Shown in pieces: positions 1-12,729 of a stretch of 64,000 nt of DNA. Positions within the stretch are counted from its first letter, which is position 1. Each line of letters begins with the position of its first letter. Under the pieces are notes generated by a model. It was given only the letters and a program-made list of their open reading frames with translations, was not told where the DNA came from and did no database searches. The position numbers and the translations under genes were made by a program. This DNA comes from Psammoneis japonica (taxonomy: Eukaryota): the NCBI GenBank assembly GCA_008632985.1, contig QPGO01000198.1, positions 1 through 64,000 on the forward strand, in the 5' to 3' direction.

Positions 1-699
1 GAAACGTTTGGAGGCGGCGTTACCAATCTCTCCTTTCGAATCCCTGCTGGCAAGACGGCAGCACTGGTAGGACGATCCGGCAGTGGCAAGACAACCATGA
101 TTCGTCTCGTGTTGCGCATGTACGATCCAGACGAGGGCACCATTACCGTTGACGGACAAGACGTCAAGACCTTGACACAAGAGTCGTTGCGAAGCAACAT
201 TGGTGTCGTTGCACAAGACACAGTCTTGTTCAATGCGACGCTCCGCGAGAACATTGTCTATGGCAAGCCAGATGCGACAGACGAGCAAGTGTGGGACGCC
301 ATTCATGCGGCGGCTCTTTACGATTTTGTCCAGAGTCTTCCAGACAAGCTCGACACGGTTGTGGGAGAACGCGGAATGAAACTCAGTGGAGGCGAACGCC
401 AGCGTGTCGGCCTAGCACGATGCGTCATTAAGGACCCCAAACTCATTCTCTTGGACGAAGCCACGAGCGCCCTCGATTCCGGTACGGAACGGACTATTCA
501 ACAGAACATTGCCGACATTTGCAAGTCCCGCACAACCTTGATGATAGCGCATCGTCTCTCAACGGCAAGGAATGCGGATGAAATTATTGTGGTGGAAAAG
601 GGGGAAATCGTTGAGCGTGGGACCCACGACGAGTTACTGGCCAAGAAGGAAAGTGGGAGATACGCCAAAATGTGGCAAGATCAAACTGGTTCTGAGTGA
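1..699 (+). CDS. ABC transporter (ABCB, ATM1/HMT1-like half transporter), C-terminal nucleotide-binding domain; 5' part lies outside the window
   Basis: Frame is open from base 1: Walker A GRSGSGKTT, Q-loop VAQD, signature LSGGERQR, Walker B ILLDEATSALD, H-loop IAHRLST; stop at 697-699. Confidence 0.92.
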   Translation, partial: ETFGGGVTNLSFRIPAGKTAALVGRSGSGKTTMIRLVLRMYDPDEGTITVDGQDVKTLTQESLRSNIGVVAQDTVLFNATLRENIVYGKPDATDEQVWDAIHAAALYDFVQSLPDKLDTVVGERGMKLSGGERQRVGLARCVIKDPKLILLDEATSALDSGTERTIQQNIADICKSRTTLMIAHRLSTARNADEIIVVEKGEIVERGTHDELLAKKESGRYAKMWQDQTGSE

Positions 700-1272
700 T
701 TGATTATCGTAATGTAAAGATACAAAAAGAATAAGGCTGCCATAACTCATAGAAAACTACTTGCTCTCAGTAAGATCATCCTGCATGTGATTGGATCACT
801 CTAGACTGCTCCTTTTCGACAGCGGTGACGATTGTTGAATTAGCTAACTCGGCACCGTATCAAGAGAGAGGGATAGATACTCTGCTCTACCAGAATGTAA
901 TACACACATCGTACATGGACAGAAAAGCTCGGACCAGGTAACCCGCACCGGTGATGAGTAAAGTACGCCTTTCACCTTTCATTGCTGAACCAGATACCTC
1001 CTTTAGAGTCATTTCAAGTATTGGCGATGATTGGATTATAGTTTACTCGGTACCGTATCATATGGCTTATAAAGTAGAGAAGGACACCCTGCACTCTGCA
1101 ACCGGCATATAATACACACATCATAGATAGAAGCGAGAGAATGGGCTACATTGATAAGAAAGCCATGTCAACGAAGGATGAAATGTACATGGGTGTTCTT
1201 GTCAGTCTGAGAACAGAAAAGCTCGGAAGAGGTAACCGAAGCCGGATAAAGCAAGAGATTAGAAAGTCCCAG

Positions 1273-2028
1273 CTATAATGCTTCCTCGATCACTTTTCGA
1301 ATGTAAAATAAATCAAGATCCAGTACTTCGCCCAATTCATCAGGCGGGGAAAGCGGGAGGTACAAAGACTTAATGGGGACATGGAGCTGCATCCCGGGAG
1401 ATCCAGGTTGAGTGGCCCCGTTGTTCGGACCATGGTTTCCAAACTCAATATACTGCACGGGGTTTTCATTTGCACCGCGCTCATAGCGCCAAGCTTTCAT
1501 TGTCCTGTGGCCATCTCCACGCACCGTCGATCCAATCTTGATGGCAAGCACCTGTTGAACGCCATGGTTTGGGTCAGCAGCTGTATTCAACCAAGCCAAC
1601 GCCTTGCCACGAAGGTGCGTTTCTGTCTCCTGATGCGCAACTTCAACAATGAGATTCGGCCATCGGTTTCCTGAGCTGTCAGCAGCGTCAACATGGTTGG
1701 GTCCTGGACGAAAATCGAGATTTGTCAGCGAAAAATCCGGCTCAAAGGACCAATTGGCATCATTGTTATCGCATCTGGGGCTTGCCGCGATCCTGAAATC
1801 ATCGGCGTTGTTGCCCAACTGCCGATCAAGCCTCCTGATAACTTCTCCCGCAGCACGATCATGTGCAGCATCTGGTATCTCGTAGATCCAGGCTCCACCG
1901 TCTCGAAACTCACAGCGAGAACACCCGACTCCTTCTAGAGCATTACATTGAGCGTGGAACTCTTCCAGCGTCAATTCTTTGTCAACAAGACAAAATGGCA
2001 AGGACTCGATCTGCTCCTCACGAGACAT
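1273..2028 (-). CDS. Uma2/DUF820-like PD-(D/E)XK nuclease-fold protein; may extend upstream to ~2276 across a 1-nt frameshift near 2032
   Basis: Motifs WIYEIPDAAHD, FEPDFS and WPNLIVEVAHQE are typical of Uma2-like domains. The upstream S/T-rich ORF 1971..2276 joins if one A is added in ATAAATCC. Confidence 0.65.
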   Translation of the reverse strand: MSREEQIESLPFCLVDKELTLEEFHAQCNALEGVGCSRCEFRDGGAWIYEIPDAAHDRAAGEVIRRLDRQLGNNADDFRIAASPRCDNNDANWSFEPDFSLTNLDFRPGPNHVDAADSSGNRWPNLIVEVAHQETETHLRGKALAWLNTAADPNHGVQQVLAIKIGSTVRGDGHRTMKAWRYERGANENPVQYIEFGNHGPNNGATQPGSPGMQLHVPIKSLYLPLSPPDELGEVLDLDLFYIRKVIEEAL

Positions 2029-2579
2029 GGATTTATACCGGCGTCCACAATTGAAATTTTGTGCTCGAATGAATCAACAACTGATCCTTCCCCGGCAACA
2101 GTCACCACGTTTCCAGTGCCGTCGCCCCTCCCTTCCCATGCTTGCCTGTTGGTAGCCTTGGTCGGAGTCGATGAAGACGTGCCCGCGGAAGGATTCGATG
2201 AGGAAGTGGCCAACAGAACTGAGTCGCAGGTCTGGTTTGACGGCGACTCCTCACTAATGGGCATTCTGTTTGACAAATTCGAACCTTACACTGTCAAGCA
2301 AAGCGAAAACAATGCATCAATTAGGCGTTATGTCTAACAGAGGGGTCGTGTGTCACTGTTGTTACAGCACCTGCTAAAAGAGGGTCTGCGGGTTTGAGAT
2401 GCACTGTCTCTCGCTCCATTCACATCGCTCCTCGCTCCATCATCGTGGACAGTGCGGAAAATACAGTAGACTAGTGGTTCGCCCGCCGCGAGCAGCTCGA
2501 GCGCTCCGCGAGCTCCATACTACTCTGCTCTATTCTAGTGACTGGAGCACAAACAGCACGAGCGCCTACCAGTAGCTAG

Positions 2580-5500
2580 AAACCACGAAGCCAACAAAGG
2601 CAGGCGGCGGATTGATTCAGTCAGGAATCCGCGACCAAGGAACTTGATGAGACAGATTCAGGAGGAAACAGCGCACTGGAAGATGAAAGAGCAAAACAAG
2701 ATGATGGCAGGGTCAGCTCATTCCAGAGCAGTTGTCAACTCTGGCACCCACTGGAGTGCACTGTGGTGCTGTGTCTTTTCCTGTGGGAAGTCAGACTGGT
2801 TGGAGCATCAAGCTTGAGGGCGCAGCATGTGACCCGGAAATGAAGTCATGTCTTTTAAACCCTGACATGGGGCATTGATGACTGTTCCATGGAGAATGTC
2901 CTCCAGTGTTGATCATGATCTCACCAACCTTTTTGTGCTCACTTTTTGGAGCGAATCTCATCTGGTGAAACAACAACATGGCAAGCGGCGCCTGTCGACA
3001 TCCAACAATCTGTCAGCATGTGTGCTCCATTGCATGATGTCAAGGCAAACCATGGCCAACACAGCAGCCAGGGCAAACACAATGAGTGTCACAGGATTCC
3101 CTTTTGGCAACATTGGTGTGCCGGCTCAACAAAGCTTGTGAAGATTTTGCAAATCCAAGCCCTCAAAGTGGGGGCAGTTGCTCTCACACAATTTGCCACA
3201 GAAATGATGCAGCCACAGGAGAGAACAGTGTTGCAGCCAGCTGCCAAACCCAATGACAGCAAACAATGGTGCCACATCTGGGTGATGCAAGCAGTCACTC
3301 AGCAAAGACATGATTTGAGAAAGAGCACAGATTTGAGAAGGGGGGGGGGCAGCATGTCACACCCAGCTGGCAGCGCCAGTCACGACACACGGTGCCAGCA
3401 TGCAATGACAGCACAGCACCACCAATGTCAGTGAAGACCCAATCAAAAATGGAAGCAGATGATCTGTAGAGCACATCATGTGTTTTGGGCATGGCAAGAA
3501 CAGTGGACACTCTGCCTCTGTGGCTGCCGCTCTGAGAACAAAATGACGTGCACCACACTGGACAAGCCAAAACCACACCAGCGCACACAATGGCAAACTT
3601 TTGCAGAAACCACCAAAAATTGAGAGTTGGGCAAACACAGAAGATGTTTGGAGGCTCTCTTGCTCTGTTGTGGCCTCTGCAATCTGTGAGTGCGGAGTTG
3701 TGAGTTGCCCCCTTTGTCATGAGGAGCCCATGTGTGGGCTGTTTGCCCCATGCTCATCATGCATGTGCAGATGCACAGCAAGCCCATGGCAAAAGCCCCC
3801 AACAAAGCGACATTTGGCAGAAAAGGCATGCTGTTCATTTTTTGACTGACTCTTGTCAGCTTCAGCCTTTCTTGCATTCTTGGCACCTTCTTTCATGCTT
3901 GTGCAAAAGCACGTTGACAAACCGGTGTCTGCAAAACACACACTTCTTTTGGCAGCCCAGCACAGTTTCAGGGTGGCTTTGAACTCCACAGAGCTCCTGC
4001 ACTTGCTGGCAACAGCTGGCTCAACACCCCTGGACATTGTTTGCACAAGTCTGTGTGCACACTCATGTGTGCAAACATCCTCACCTGCCAGACACCTGAG
4101 AATTCTCATGCTTGCTGTCAAAGCTCTGCAAAAGCACACCAACACCACTGCTGTGTTGACTGTGCTTTCTGTGGGGTGCAGCGGTGCCACCATGTCGAAA
4201 TGACCCACTTCTTGTTGTGTTGGAGATTGGCCAGACACCAAGCAAAGTGGAGGCAGTTGCTCCAACACAGTTGCTTTGAAAATGCTGCACAACCACGAAG
4301 GAGAGAACAGCAGTGGCCAACCACCAAACCCAACAAAGGGAAACAGCGCCAAAGCAGGATGACACAAGCAGGATGAGTGCCTTGGCAAAAACATTCAAGA
4401 ACAAAAGTGGGCTCAAGAAGGGGCCGCAGCGCACCATCCAGCTGGCAGGGCCAGTCCAAGATGCCCCACTCAGTGCCAACAGGCAATGATGCAGGGTGCA
4501 GTCTTCAACACCAGTGGAAACCCAGCCAAAAATGGAGGTGGATGATCTGCAGAGCACATCTTGTGCTTCCAGTGTGGCAAGAAGAGACATTCCTGTGCCT
4601 CTGGCTGCCCTTGGAATGACATGCCGCTGGACAAGTTGACTGAGCAAGAGCATGTGAATGCCACAGTCAGATCACCATGCCAGCAGGCAAAAGCAAACTT
4701 TGCAAAAGCCACCAAGAAGGATGAGTTGGAACAAACAGAGGATGTCAAGAGACGCTCTTGCTCCAGCATCATCATGGCCTCTGCAATCTGTGAGTGCAGA
4801 TTGAGTCACTCCCCATCATGATGAGGAGTCCATGTGCCAACTGTTTGTTGTGCTTGTGCACACATAGAGATGCACAGCATGCACATGGCAAGAAAGCCCC
4901 TTCCACAAGGCCCTCTGCTCATTTTTGACTGCTTTTCACCAGCTTCAGCCTTTCTTGCATTCTTGGAACTCCTGGTGCTTGCACAAGAGAAGAGCATTCT
5001 GATGAACTGCTGGTGTTTGTAACCCACACTTTTTCTGACTGCCCCAACAATTTCAGAGTCGCTGGAAACTCCAAAGCTCCCACACTTGCCAGCAACAGCT
5101 CCACATTGACTCTGGTGCCCATGCTTGACAACCTGGCTGGCTTCATTGTCCTTGCTCTGTCTCTCTGCAAACCATGCTGGGACCTTGCATGTGTTCTCAG
5201 GATTTAACCCTTGCCCTGCAACCCACTTTGCCACATCCAAAGCATTTTCTTTCAAATGTCTTGCCCCACTGCCACCGCCCTTTTTCTTGGGCTGCTTCAG
5301 CTTGGTGTGCTTGCACGCCTCATGCTTTTTCTCCTTGCAGCTGTGGCACATGACACTTGACTCTGTCACCATCAAACCAACTTCTTTGGTGCTCTCTGAT
5401 TTGGAATTTCTGCTTGCACTCCTCCATGAGAGCTGCACAACTGCTTCTTACAAATTCCTCATCTCCAAGGCATTTCTTGGATTGGCTGGTGGCTCCAGTC

Positions 5501-5890
5501 ATCACAACCAACTTGTGTGTCTTGGGCACTTTTTCAAATGCAAGAGCAATCAACTCATGGTCAGAAATGTTGTTGCATGGCACCATGCCAAGCTTGTCCC
5601 CAGCCAATCCACCTCAATGGCTGCTCAAACATTCTTTGAGATTCTTTGCTCTGTCTGAACTTTGGTGCATGAGGTGCAGCAGCTCAACCTTTAAAGTCAG
5701 CTCCTGCTGTGGCATGCATGTGTGCATCTGGTGGTGCAGTGCCGCCACCACCATTGTCTTCCATGCTGGCTTGCTGTGGGTCACTTTGTTGTCTGCGCCT
5801 TGGACATTGATTTCTTGGAACCGGGTGCAGATGGTGTGGTGAGCTTCGCTCGGGTTCGTTGGCCGATCTCTTGCACCAGCACATGCAGGA
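2580..5890. mobile_element. Degenerate TpA- and CpG-depleted repeat block, possibly an LTR retroelement relic (gag-like remnant on the minus strand)
   Basis: Near absence of TA and CG; Cys/His-rich spurious ORFs in all frames; minus-strand CHSCKEKKHEACKH near 5.3 kb resembles a decayed zinc knuckle. Confidence 0.55.
3300..5080 (+). repeat. Diverged direct duplication, period ~1.08 kb
   Basis: Anchors AAAAATGGA..GATGATCTG.AGAGCACATC at ~3446 and ~4527, TGGCCTCTGCAATCTGTGAGTGC at ~3670 and ~4775, and TTTTGACTG..CAGCTTCAGCCTTTCTTGCATTCTTGG at ~3840 and ~4922. Confidence 0.85.
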
Positions 5891-5969
5891 AGACGTCCCG
5901 GTGCCATACGACGGACGGACGAATGCTAAGTGGTCATCCATTTTTTGAGTGCACAATGAACAATCGACC

Positions 5970-7337
5970 ATGGCGACGACCCACCAAATTCCACCTAGAG
6001 GAGATGGACGACGAACAAATCGAGCCATTGTCCTTCTTGTATCTGTATGTATAATTTTCGTGGTGGTTTCGTTAGTCCTTCAAACGAGATCGATGGTCCC
6101 GTACGATGATCGACAATTGCTCCTTTCACCACGTCTTCGTACTTGCAGTAATAACGAGACGACGTTGCTACTTCAACGAACCAATGCTTCCCTCATGAAA
6201 TCTGTACGAGCACACGAAAAAACGATACAGGAGTTAAACTTGTTGAATATGACTGCCTCGATATTACATAAGGAACTTGAGCTCTTCAAGAATGCTTCAC
6301 AACAACAGCCATATGGGAAAGGTACATCAACAAATAGTCAGACAAAAACTACAGATTCATCCTGGCACGAGTTATTGCAACGACACGAACAAACAAAGCA
6401 ACAACTTGAAGAACTCAACAAAACGGCATCGATTCTACTGGATGAATTATATCGCTCGTACAGCAACTATCTCATTCACACTCCCAAAACCGGCGGCCAG
6501 TCGCTCATCAAATTGCTCAATATCGATCGCATAGAATTGAGTATCGTCCGAGAACAAGGCTTGCAGTGGAAAAATAGAGTTTGTAACCACGCCGTGGCGA
6601 ATACCGAAAGTTGGTGGCCCCGGTGGGTTACCGATAGATGTTGGCTACACGCCTCCGAATATCCCTATTCGTCACAACCCGACCATGTATATGCCGTGGT
6701 GCGGGATCCCTTTCATCAGGTACCGAGCATGTATTTCCACTGTACGGAATCCTTTAATCATGAGAAGAAGGCTCATCACATGCCCGACACCATGGACGAG
6801 TGGCTGCAAGAATGGGTCAAAGTTATGGAAGAGTCAAACAACAACCTTACCAACAGGACGCTGAAGCAAATGAAAACACGATTCAAATGTTACAATCCCA
6901 TCAATTTGCAATCCACATTCCTGGCCTATGATCCAAACGTTACAGATCTATCGGAGAAGTACGACGTGGTGGGTCTGACGACGGAACTGAGCAAAACTGC
7001 CTGCCTCATTTCAATTTCTATTCACGGAGGTTTGGTTCCCAAGAGATGCAATTGTACGGCCCAGTTGTCCACCCCCACCACCAAACGAGCGCATTTGAAG
7101 CGTCGACGAAACGAACTAAAGGAAAAGTTTGAGCAGAGAGGAGGCAGGCACGTACTAGTCAAGCGAGTCGACCATGGAGTTACAAATCACGGGGACACTG
7201 TTAATTTGACCGACAGTGAACGAGTTGCGATTGAAAAGCTGACGCAAAACGACGTGCTCTTGTATCAAGCTGCCGAACGGGCGTTTTGGAACAAGGTTGA
7301 GTTTGTAGAGAAACAATACTCTATAAAACTTTGTTAA
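5970..7337 (+). CDS. Type II membrane (Golgi-type) sulfotransferase-family protein
   Basis: N-terminal TM anchor (AIVLLVSVCIIFVVVSLVL), coiled stem, 5'-PSB-like motif IHTPKTGGQS, 3'-PB-like motif VVRDPFHQVPSMYFH; normal TA content. Confidence 0.75.
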   Translation: MATTHQIPPRGDGRRTNRAIVLLVSVCIIFVVVSLVLQTRSMVPYDDRQLLLSPRLRTCSNNETTLLLQRTNASLMKSVRAHEKTIQELNLLNMTASILHKELELFKNASQQQPYGKGTSTNSQTKTTDSSWHELLQRHEQTKQQLEELNKTASILLDELYRSYSNYLIHTPKTGGQSLIKLLNIDRIELSIVREQGLQWKNRVCNHAVANTESWWPRWVTDRCWLHASEYPYSSQPDHVYAVVRDPFHQVPSMYFHCTESFNHEKKAHHMPDTMDEWLQEWVKVMEESNNNLTNRTLKQMKTRFKCYNPINLQSTFLAYDPNVTDLSEKYDVVGLTTELSKTACLISISIHGGLVPKRCNCTAQLSTPTTKRAHLKRRRNELKEKFEQRGGRHVLVKRVDHGVTNHGDTVNLTDSERVAIEKLTQNDVLLYQAAERAFWNKVEFVEKQYSIKLC

Positions 7338-7799
7338 ATCAATCAGGCGTATGACTTCCCCAGCGCTCCAAGACTCTCTCTAGAGTAGATTACATTTGTG
7401 AAGTGAATAACCAGGCCTCCAAAGCAAACAAAGGCAACGTCATCTAAATTTTTCCCTTTGCTCTCTACATAGAGGATTGATGTTCTGCGTGCCGTGAGGA
7501 TCTTGCTACTGTAGTTCTCAGGAAAGATTCTCTACTCTAGCTAGAGGTCTGTCTGCCTGCCTGTCGACAACGATCTGTAAAGCACAGGGAACTATCGACG
7601 GTACCACACACACCTTCAACCTTCGCAAACTGACAACTGACTGAACACGATGTTGTGTCATCTTATCACTTCTATTCATCTCGCTGCTGTTTCCCTCCCG
7701 AGAACCTACTCCAGATCAATAAAGCCATCGTATGGACCAGCAGTCTCAACTCTAAACAGCCTCTTATGCGAGAGCAGTGCTCCACAAGTGCACTTCGTC

Positions 7800-8768
7800 A
7801 TGAAAAAACAATGCCTTCTCTGCGGCGCCATTTTGAGCGCAATTCTTTCCAGTCTCGTATGCAGCGCTTTCACGCCGCATTCCAATGCTGCGCGTTCGAG
7901 ATATGAATTCGTATTGCACAGGAGAAAACAACCGGTGGAGCAAGTGGACGTGATCACTGGTGAAGTTCTCGAAGCATTTTCGTCCATGAAAGAAGCTGAA
8001 AGAATGGTCGGTGTTTCCCAACAAAACATTTCTGCGGTTCTTGCGGGAAGAGCCAAGTCAAGTGGTGGTTATTGTTGGCGTCGCCCTGGCGACACAACGC
8101 CACCACCAAAAAGAAACAAGCACACGAAAGCAGTGGAACAAGTGGACATTGAAACGGGCCAAGTTCTTGCGGTTTTTCCGTCGATGGTTGCTGCCGCACA
8201 AGCCCTGGGAATCCGCATAGACGGAACATCACGCGTTGTGGGAGGTTGCAAAGATCATTGTTTCTACAAGGGTTTTTTCTGGAGAGAGGCAGGGGACACC
8301 ACAATGCCCAAGGTGCGGTCAGACAAGAACGCAAAAAGCATTTCCCGCTTGAGACAAAAAGTGGAACAGGTGTGTCCTGAAACAGGGACCGTTGTTGCCA
8401 CATTCAATTCATCACAAGAAGCAGCAAAAGAGTTGGGAACACCACAGCAGACAATCTCAAAAGTTGTGAGAGGGATGCGGAAGATGGCAAGAGGACATCA
8501 TTTTCGAAAAAAAGGCAAACCCGAAAAGTTCAAAAAGTCCAACACAGCACGTCCAGTGCAGCAGATTTGCCTCAAAAGTGGCAAACTCTTAGAAACATTT
8601 CCTTCCCAAAATGCAGCTGCAGATGCAGTGGGCGTGACCAGTGCAAGCATCAGAAGTGCCGCGATTGGTCACACCAAAAGCAGTGGTGGGTGTGGTTGGA
8701 GACACGTTGCGTTTCAAGACGAAGTTCGCAATGTGGAAAGCAATGTTGTGGGAAAGAAGAGAGGTTGA
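7800..8768 (+). CDS. Plastid-targeted 4x NUMOD1/IENR1-like HTH protein, copy 1 (ORF open but lightly hypermutated)
   Basis: Near-identical to 19769..20737, with LY>LH, YYW>YCW, KY>KH, GYH>GHH and GYG>GCG changes. Confidence 0.7.
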   Translation: MKKQCLLCGAILSAILSSLVCSAFTPHSNAARSRYEFVLHRRKQPVEQVDVITGEVLEAFSSMKEAERMVGVSQQNISAVLAGRAKSSGGYCWRRPGDTTPPPKRNKHTKAVEQVDIETGQVLAVFPSMVAAAQALGIRIDGTSRVVGGCKDHCFYKGFFWREAGDTTMPKVRSDKNAKSISRLRQKVEQVCPETGTVVATFNSSQEAAKELGTPQQTISKVVRGMRKMARGHHFRKKGKPEKFKKSNTARPVQQICLKSGKLLETFPSQNAAADAVGVTSASIRSAAIGHTKSSGGCGWRHVAFQDEVRNVESNVVGKKRG

Positions 8769-9737
8769 CTAGCACGTGTTGAGCGACGCGACGGCAACTT
8801 TGAGACATGCGTTAAAAACCGGTGTTCCGTTGCGAATTTGGCTGTTTCATTTGTAGAAACGCAAACCTCAGCTCTCGGGCATTCTACACTTGGCAAGCTG
8901 CAATGTGTGGATGGTGTTAGAGAAGATAGAAAAAGGCAGAGAAGAAACGTTCAGACTCCCATTTTCTTCCCAAACGAGAATCCAGAATGTGGAACAGGCT
9001 TCTTTTACGATCTGGGAGAGATGCGAGGGAAAAGTTTGAGCAGAGAGGCAGGCACCTGCTGGTCAAGCGTGTCAACCATGGAGTTACAAATCACAGGGCA
9101 CTGTCAATTTGACGACAGTGAACGAGTTGCGATTGAAAAGCTGACGCAAAATGACGCAATCTTGCACCAAGCTGCCAAATGGGCATTTTGGAACAAGGTT
9201 GACTTTGTAGAGAAACAACACTCCATAAAACTTTGTTGAATAAATCAGGCGCATGACTTCCCCAGAGCTCCAAGACTCTCTGGAGTAGATTGCATTTGTG
9301 AAGTGAACAACCAGGCCTCCAAAGCAAACAAGTGCAATGTCATCTCCCTTTTTCCCTTTGCTCTCTACATGGAGGATTGATGTTCTGCGTGCCGTGAGGA
9401 TCTTGCCAGTTCTCAGAAAGATTCTCTGCTCCAGCTGCTGGCAGCTGGTGGCCCAGCTAGAGTGGACTGAGTAAAAGAATGCACACCATGCCATCTGAAA
9501 CACAATGATCTCTAAAGCACAGGGAGCTGTTGACGGCAGATGCCACGCACTCCTTTGCAAATGCTGAGCACAATGTTGCAATGTTGTGTCATCTTTCATT
9601 GTTTCATTGTTCATCTCGCACCGCTGTTTCCCTCCCAAGAACCTGCTCCAGATCAACAAAGGCATCACATGGACTGGCAGTCTCAACTCTAAACAACCTT
9701 TCATGCAACAGCAGTGTTCAACAAGCCTGACTTTGTC

Positions 9738-11126
9738 ATGAAAAAACAGCGGCACCTTCTCTGCAGCGTCATTTTGAGCGCAATCATTTCCAGGTCTTGC
9801 GTGCAGCACTTTCATGCTGCATTGCAATGCCGCACATTTGAGATGTGAACTCACATTGTGCAGGAGAAAACAACTGGTGGAGCAAGCAGACATGAACACT
9901 GGCGAAGTTCTCATCTTTTTGCATGTGACAGAAGCTGGAAGAAGAATGGTCGGCACAGCCCAACCACACATTTCTGTGGTTCTTGCAAGAAGAGCCAAGT
10001 CAGATGGTGGTCATCATTGGTGTTGCCCTGGTGACACAACAAGACCACCAAAAAGAAACAAGAACATGAAAGCAGCAGAACAAGTGGGCATTGAAGCGGG
10101 CCAAGTTCTGAGTTTTTCCTGATGGTTGCTGCCGTGCAAACCCTGGGAATCCACCTGGGAGAACATCATGCATCATGGGAGGTTGCAAAGATCATTGTTC
10201 CTCCACTGTTTTTTTTCTAGAGAGAGGCGACATGTTCCAGCTCCAGGTGGGACCTTGTGCCACTGAACTGTGACATCAATGGTTTTTTTAAACGCATCGC
10301 ATGTCGCGCACGTGTGCATTTCTGCATGTGACATTCTACGAAATTGTTTCATGCTTCCTGTTTTGCAAAGCCAAAGGCTTTTTATTTTCAACATTTGTGA
10401 GAGTGAAAATGCACTGGGTGTGTTCTTTAATGTCTGCAGAACACACCCGGGCAAACTGTTGATGATGTGCTCTAGAAGTGTGAAGGAGAAGATGCGTTCA
10501 CAAAATTGCCTCTTTTTCTGTTGGCAATCATTTGTGCTCTCATTGCTTGACAAATTTACTGCAAAGCTTGCACGCAGAATTCCACGGGCCAAATGTCACA
10601 TGGAGTCCCACCCAGCAGGGCTGGAACCCGCCAGGTGGGGGACACCACAATGCCCAAGGTGCAGTCAGGCAAGAATGCAAACAAGAGCATTTCCCACTTG
10701 GGACAAAAAGTGGAGCAGGTGTGTCCTGAAACAGGGGCCATTGTTGCCACATTCAATTCATTGCAAGAAGCAGCAAAAGAGTTTGGAACACACCACAACA
10801 GACAATCTCAAAAGTTGTGAGAGGGGTGAAGAAGATGGCAAGAGGACATCATTTTCGAAAAACAGGCAAACCCAAAAAGTTCAAATGGTCCCACAGAGCA
10901 CATCCAGCACAGCAGATTTGCCTCAAAAGTGACAAACTCTCTTAGAAACATTTCCTTCCCAAAAGGCAGCTGCTGATGCAGTCAGCTGGTGTTTCCCATG
11001 CAAGCATCAGAAGTGCCATGATTGGTCACACCAAAAGCGGCGGTTGTTCTGGATGGAGACACATTGTGTTTCAAAACGAAGTTCACAATGTGGAAAGGAA
11101 TGTTGTGGGAAAAGAAGAGAGTTTGA
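9738..11126 (+). pseudogene. NUMOD1 gene copy 2: heavily mutated, frameshifted and interrupted by a MITE
   Basis: Colinear with copies 1 and 3 (RRKQLVEQADMNTGEV; VGDTTMPKVQSGKNANKSISHLGQKVEQVCPETG), with indels and a ~400-bp insert. Confidence 0.9.
10231..10630. mobile_element. ~400-bp MITE-like insertion with ~25-bp imperfect terminal inverted repeats
   Basis: Absent from copies 1 and 3. Left end GTTCCAGCTCCAGGTGGGAC; right end GTCCCACCCAGCAGGGCTGGAAC (reverse complement GTTCCAGCCCTGCTGGGTGGGAC). Confidence 0.75.
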
Positions 11127-12729
11127 CCAGCATGGCTTGAGCAATGCAACAACGGAAACTTTGAGACATGCAATGACAACCAGCACTCCACCGCAAATTT
11201 GGTTGTTTCATTTGTAGAAACGCAAACCACAGCTCTCGGGAATTCCACAATCAGCAAACTCCAATGCATTGATGGTGTTGGAAAAGACAGAGAAACAGGC
11301 AGAGAAGAAACGTTCAGACTCCCATTTTCTTCCTGAACGAGAATGTCCAGGATGTGGAACAGGCTTCTTTTGCAATGTGGGAGAGGTGCAAGGGAAAAAT
11401 TTGAGCAGAGAGGCAGGCACCTGCCAGTCAAGCGTGTCAACAATGGAGTCACAAATCATGTGGACACTGTCAATTTGACTCACAGCGAACAAGCTGCGAT
11501 TAAAAAGCTGACGCAAAACAATGTGCTCTTGCATCTGGCCACCAAACGGGCATTTTGGAACAAGTTTGAGTTTGTGGAGAAACAATCCTCTGCAAAGTTT
11601 TGTTGAACAAATCAGGTGCATGACTTCCCCAGAGATCCAAGACTCTCTGGAGCAGATTGCATTTTTGTGAAGTGAGCAGCCAGGCTTCCAAAGCAAACAA
11701 GTGCAATGCCATCTACTCAGAACACTGCAATTGCCACTTGGCCAATTGTTGAGTCCCTTCTCCGCACACACATTTAGGCATGTGTTGTGCACAGCATCAT
11801 CACACAGCATTTGTCCAACTCATCTCACTTTTTCCCTTTGCTCTCTGCATGGAGGATTGATGTTCTGCATGCCATGAGGATCTTGCCAGTTCTCAGAAAG
11901 ATTCTCCACTCTGACAGCTGGCAGCCTCTAGACTGAGCAAGAGCAAAGAACACACACCATCTGACACATGAGGTGTGTCTGTCTGCCCATCAACAATGAC
12001 CAGCAAAGTGCAGGGAACTGTCGACGGTGGATGCCACACACACCTTCAACATGACAATGTTGCGTTGATGTTGTGTCATCTTTCATTGGACTCTCTAGAG
12101 CAGTGCAGTCATTTTCAGCATCTGCGGAAAAATCATGTTTTTTGTGGTGGAGCCGCGTTTTCATGCAAAAGCGCAAAAACCCATGGGCCTTTTCGCACAG
12201 CACAGCCATGCAGAAGCACAAAAAGCATGAAAAGCACACATGCCTTGTGCAGCCAGAGCAATTTGTTGCACAAAATTGCACACGAGTGAAGCAGTGGTGG
12301 GACCATGATGATGCCATCTGACATGAATCACAACAGAGACCAAACAAGTGGGATGCTGCTGTTCATTCAACACATGCATGCTGCCAACAATGTCACCCTC
12401 AACATTGCCATGCCTGCAATTGTCATTTTCAGGGGCCTCCAAAAAACCACCTTGTGGACCCGAGTCTGGGAGGAGTTCCTTCTGGTGGCTTGGGCCTGTC
12501 TTGCAAAGGCAGACCGGGCTCACAATTGTCCAAGATTTTTTTCAGTTCATTCTTGTGCACACAAACTTGCCCACCAAGGGAAAGGCAAGCAGGAAGCTTT
12601 TGTTCTTGTCCTTTCCTGCTGCCCAGTTGTTTTCAAACCTCAGGGCTCACCCCCTCAAACTCTGACATCTTTGCCGCGCATCTCTCCTCCAGATGCTTTG
12701 CGCATGCAGACAGGTTGTTCTTGTCCACT

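Noticed and set aside
2791..5842. Dozens of overlapping Cys/His-rich, Tyr-free ORFs here and in the other mutated blocks (e.g. 51600..53189, 529 aa)
   Set aside because: By-product of TpA loss removing TAA/TAG stops and Tyr codons in all six frames; no coherent domains.
7800..11126. Classical RIP or CpG decay alone as the explanation for divergence between copies
   Set aside because: RIP creates TpA rather than removing it. CpG transitions are present but cannot account for TA>TG/CA at sites where the intact copy has TA.
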